From Octopus sinensis (Eukaryota): 35,428 bases of DNA. The stretch is taken from NCBI RefSeq assembly GCF_006345805.1, contig NW_021829889.1, forward strand, positions 1-35,428. Reading direction: 5' to 3'. The notes below the pieces were generated by a model. That model did no database searches and was not told where the DNA came from. It worked only from the letters and a program-made list of their open reading frames with translations. Below, piece by piece: positions 33,659 through 35,428 of this stretch. The stretch's first letter is position 1. The number at the start of each line of letters is the position of its first letter. Position numbers and translations under genes: made by a program.

Positions 33659-33853
33659 TCTTTTACTCTTTTACTTGTTTCAGTCATTTGACTGCGGCCA
33701 TGCTGGAGCACCGCCTTTAGTCGAGCAACTCGACCCCGGCACTTATTCTTTTGTAAGCCCAGTACTTATTCTATCAGTCGCTTTTGCCGAACTGCTAAGT
33801 AACGGCTACATAAACACACCAGCATCGGTTGTCAAGCAATGCTAGGGGCACAA

Positions 33854-33894
<41 letters not shown>

Positions 33895-34052
33895 CGACGG
33901 GCTTCTTTCAGTTTCCGTCTACCAAATCCACTCACAAGGCTTTGGTCGGCCCGAGGCTATAGCAGAAGACACTTGCCCAAGGTACCACGCAGTGGGACTG
34001 AATCCGGAACCATGTGGCTGGTAAACAAGCTACTTACCACACAGCCACTCCT
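33659..34052 (-). mobile_element. SINE family A
   Basis: Same consensus. Confidence 0.9.
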
Positions 34053-34304
34053 GAAGCGTTTTGCTCAAGAACTCACTGCACCGCCCAATCCAGGAATTGA
34101 AATGATGGTCTTAAGGTTGAGAGGGCAACACCCTAACCATTAGGCCACACATACTTATATATATTATTCTTAAACAAAAATATTATTGACAGTGACTTTG
34201 AAGTCTCAAGCGGACTACAATGCATTGAAGTTAATCTTGGCTTTATATGCAGTATCTGTTGAATTAGTAGCTTCCTTGGGCATTTGGTTTTAGAGTGGAA
34301 TACT

Positions 34305-34687
34305 CTTTACTTTACTTGTTTCAGTCATTTGACTGCGGCCATGCTGGAGCACCGCCTTTAGTCGAGCAAATCGACCCCGGGACTTATTCTTTGTAAGCCC
34401 AGTACTTATTCTATCGGTCTCTTTTGCCGAACGGCTAAGTGACGGGGACGTAAACACACCAGCATCGGTTGTCAAGCAATGCTAGGGGGACAAACACACA
34501 CACATACACATATATACATATATACGACAGGCTTCTTTCAGTTTCCGTCTACCAAATCCACTCACAAGGCATTGGTCGGCCCGGGGCTATAGCAGAAGAC
34601 ACTTGCCCAAGATGCCACGCAATGGAACTGAACCCGGAATCATGTGGTTGGTTAGCAAGCTACTTACCACACAGCCACTCCTGCGCC
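34305..34687 (-). mobile_element. SINE family A
   Basis: Same consensus. Confidence 0.9.
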
Positions 34688-34731
34688 TGGTAATCAAGTT
34701 TTAGGATGAGCTGTTACAGAGAAGTGTTTAA

Positions 34732-35093
34732 CCCATTAATGTTCGGATTATTCAATCAAACATAATGCTTATTGATTCCCATTGATTTGAATTAATCATG
34801 CATTATCTCATATCTTCAAGAGCTTGATGGTGTAACTACGTAATGTAGAATAACATTGTAGGGTAGGTGTGAGAGCCTAGATCTGGTCAGTTTGAACATA
34901 AAGCAGATTAAATATTTTGGCCGGATATGGCCGGCTTAAATATAAGGTTGTCCCAAAAGTTCGTAGAAAGTCTTGGAAAATAATGGTCTTTATTTTGAGG
35001 AATAATTTTTGTGGTTTTTGTTAGTACTTGGCGAGTAAAAATTCAATTTTCGCAAGTGTTTACAAACTTTTGGGACAACCTAATACTAAAGGG
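34732..35093. mobile_element. piggyBac-like MITE
   Basis: TTAA|CCC...GGG|TTAA ends with short imperfect TIRs. Confidence 0.5.
34943..35083. mobile_element. Mariner-type MITE (141 bp) nested in the TTAA element
   Basis: TIRs aggttgtcccaaaagtt / aacttttgggacaacct with TA on both sides. Confidence 0.7.
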
Positions 35094-35428
35094 TTAAGAG
35101 AAATATTATATACACACACACAGGCACGGGTGCCCATGTGCATACGTGCACACACACATGCACCTAGATTTTACACCATTTTTTTTGCAGACTTCAGGCT
35201 GGTCACTGACAAAGTGATAACATTCATTAGCTTAAATGAAGACAGGTTTGTGGTTTTCTGAATCAATATGTTCATGTGTTTGTGTTTAGATAACCTTGTG
35301 ATCATGTAGCGGGTGAACATGTCACTTTAGTATACAAGTGTGTGTGTGTGTGTGTGTGTTTCATTATTATGTGTGCGTATATTTGTGCATACATAGTGCC
35401 ACACATTTGCAATTGTGTGCATGGGTTT

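Overview
AT-rich eukaryotic genomic DNA dense in microsatellites and transposons, most likely from an octopus or other coleoid cephalopod (inferred from the SINE and RTE repeat families, not checked against a database). Most ORFs in the track are microsatellite or SINE read-throughs. Repeats include many tRNA-derived SINEs, RTE and CR1-type LINE fragments, two decayed mariners, Helitron-like elements and MITEs. Two signals stand out. (1) Two intact + strand genes (CDS 20682-21044 and 31962-32348), each with the whole CDS in one exon, encode small secreted proteins. They share an 8-cysteine framework, C-x3-C-x2-C-x6-C-x12-C-x3-C-x20/21-C-x13-C, at only about 27% identity, and I do not recognise the family. 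The first gene has a clear TATA/Inr promoter and non-coding first exon about 5 kb upstream, and there may be a third decayed copy near 4.65 kb. (2) At least six different minimal type I hammerhead-ribozyme folds of the Penelope-associated kind are scattered through the window. Several have palindromic stem III, two share a non-consensus C at core position 4, and one pair shows a compensatory stem II change. Several long inverted repeats and a ~94 bp target-site-like duplication are also present.
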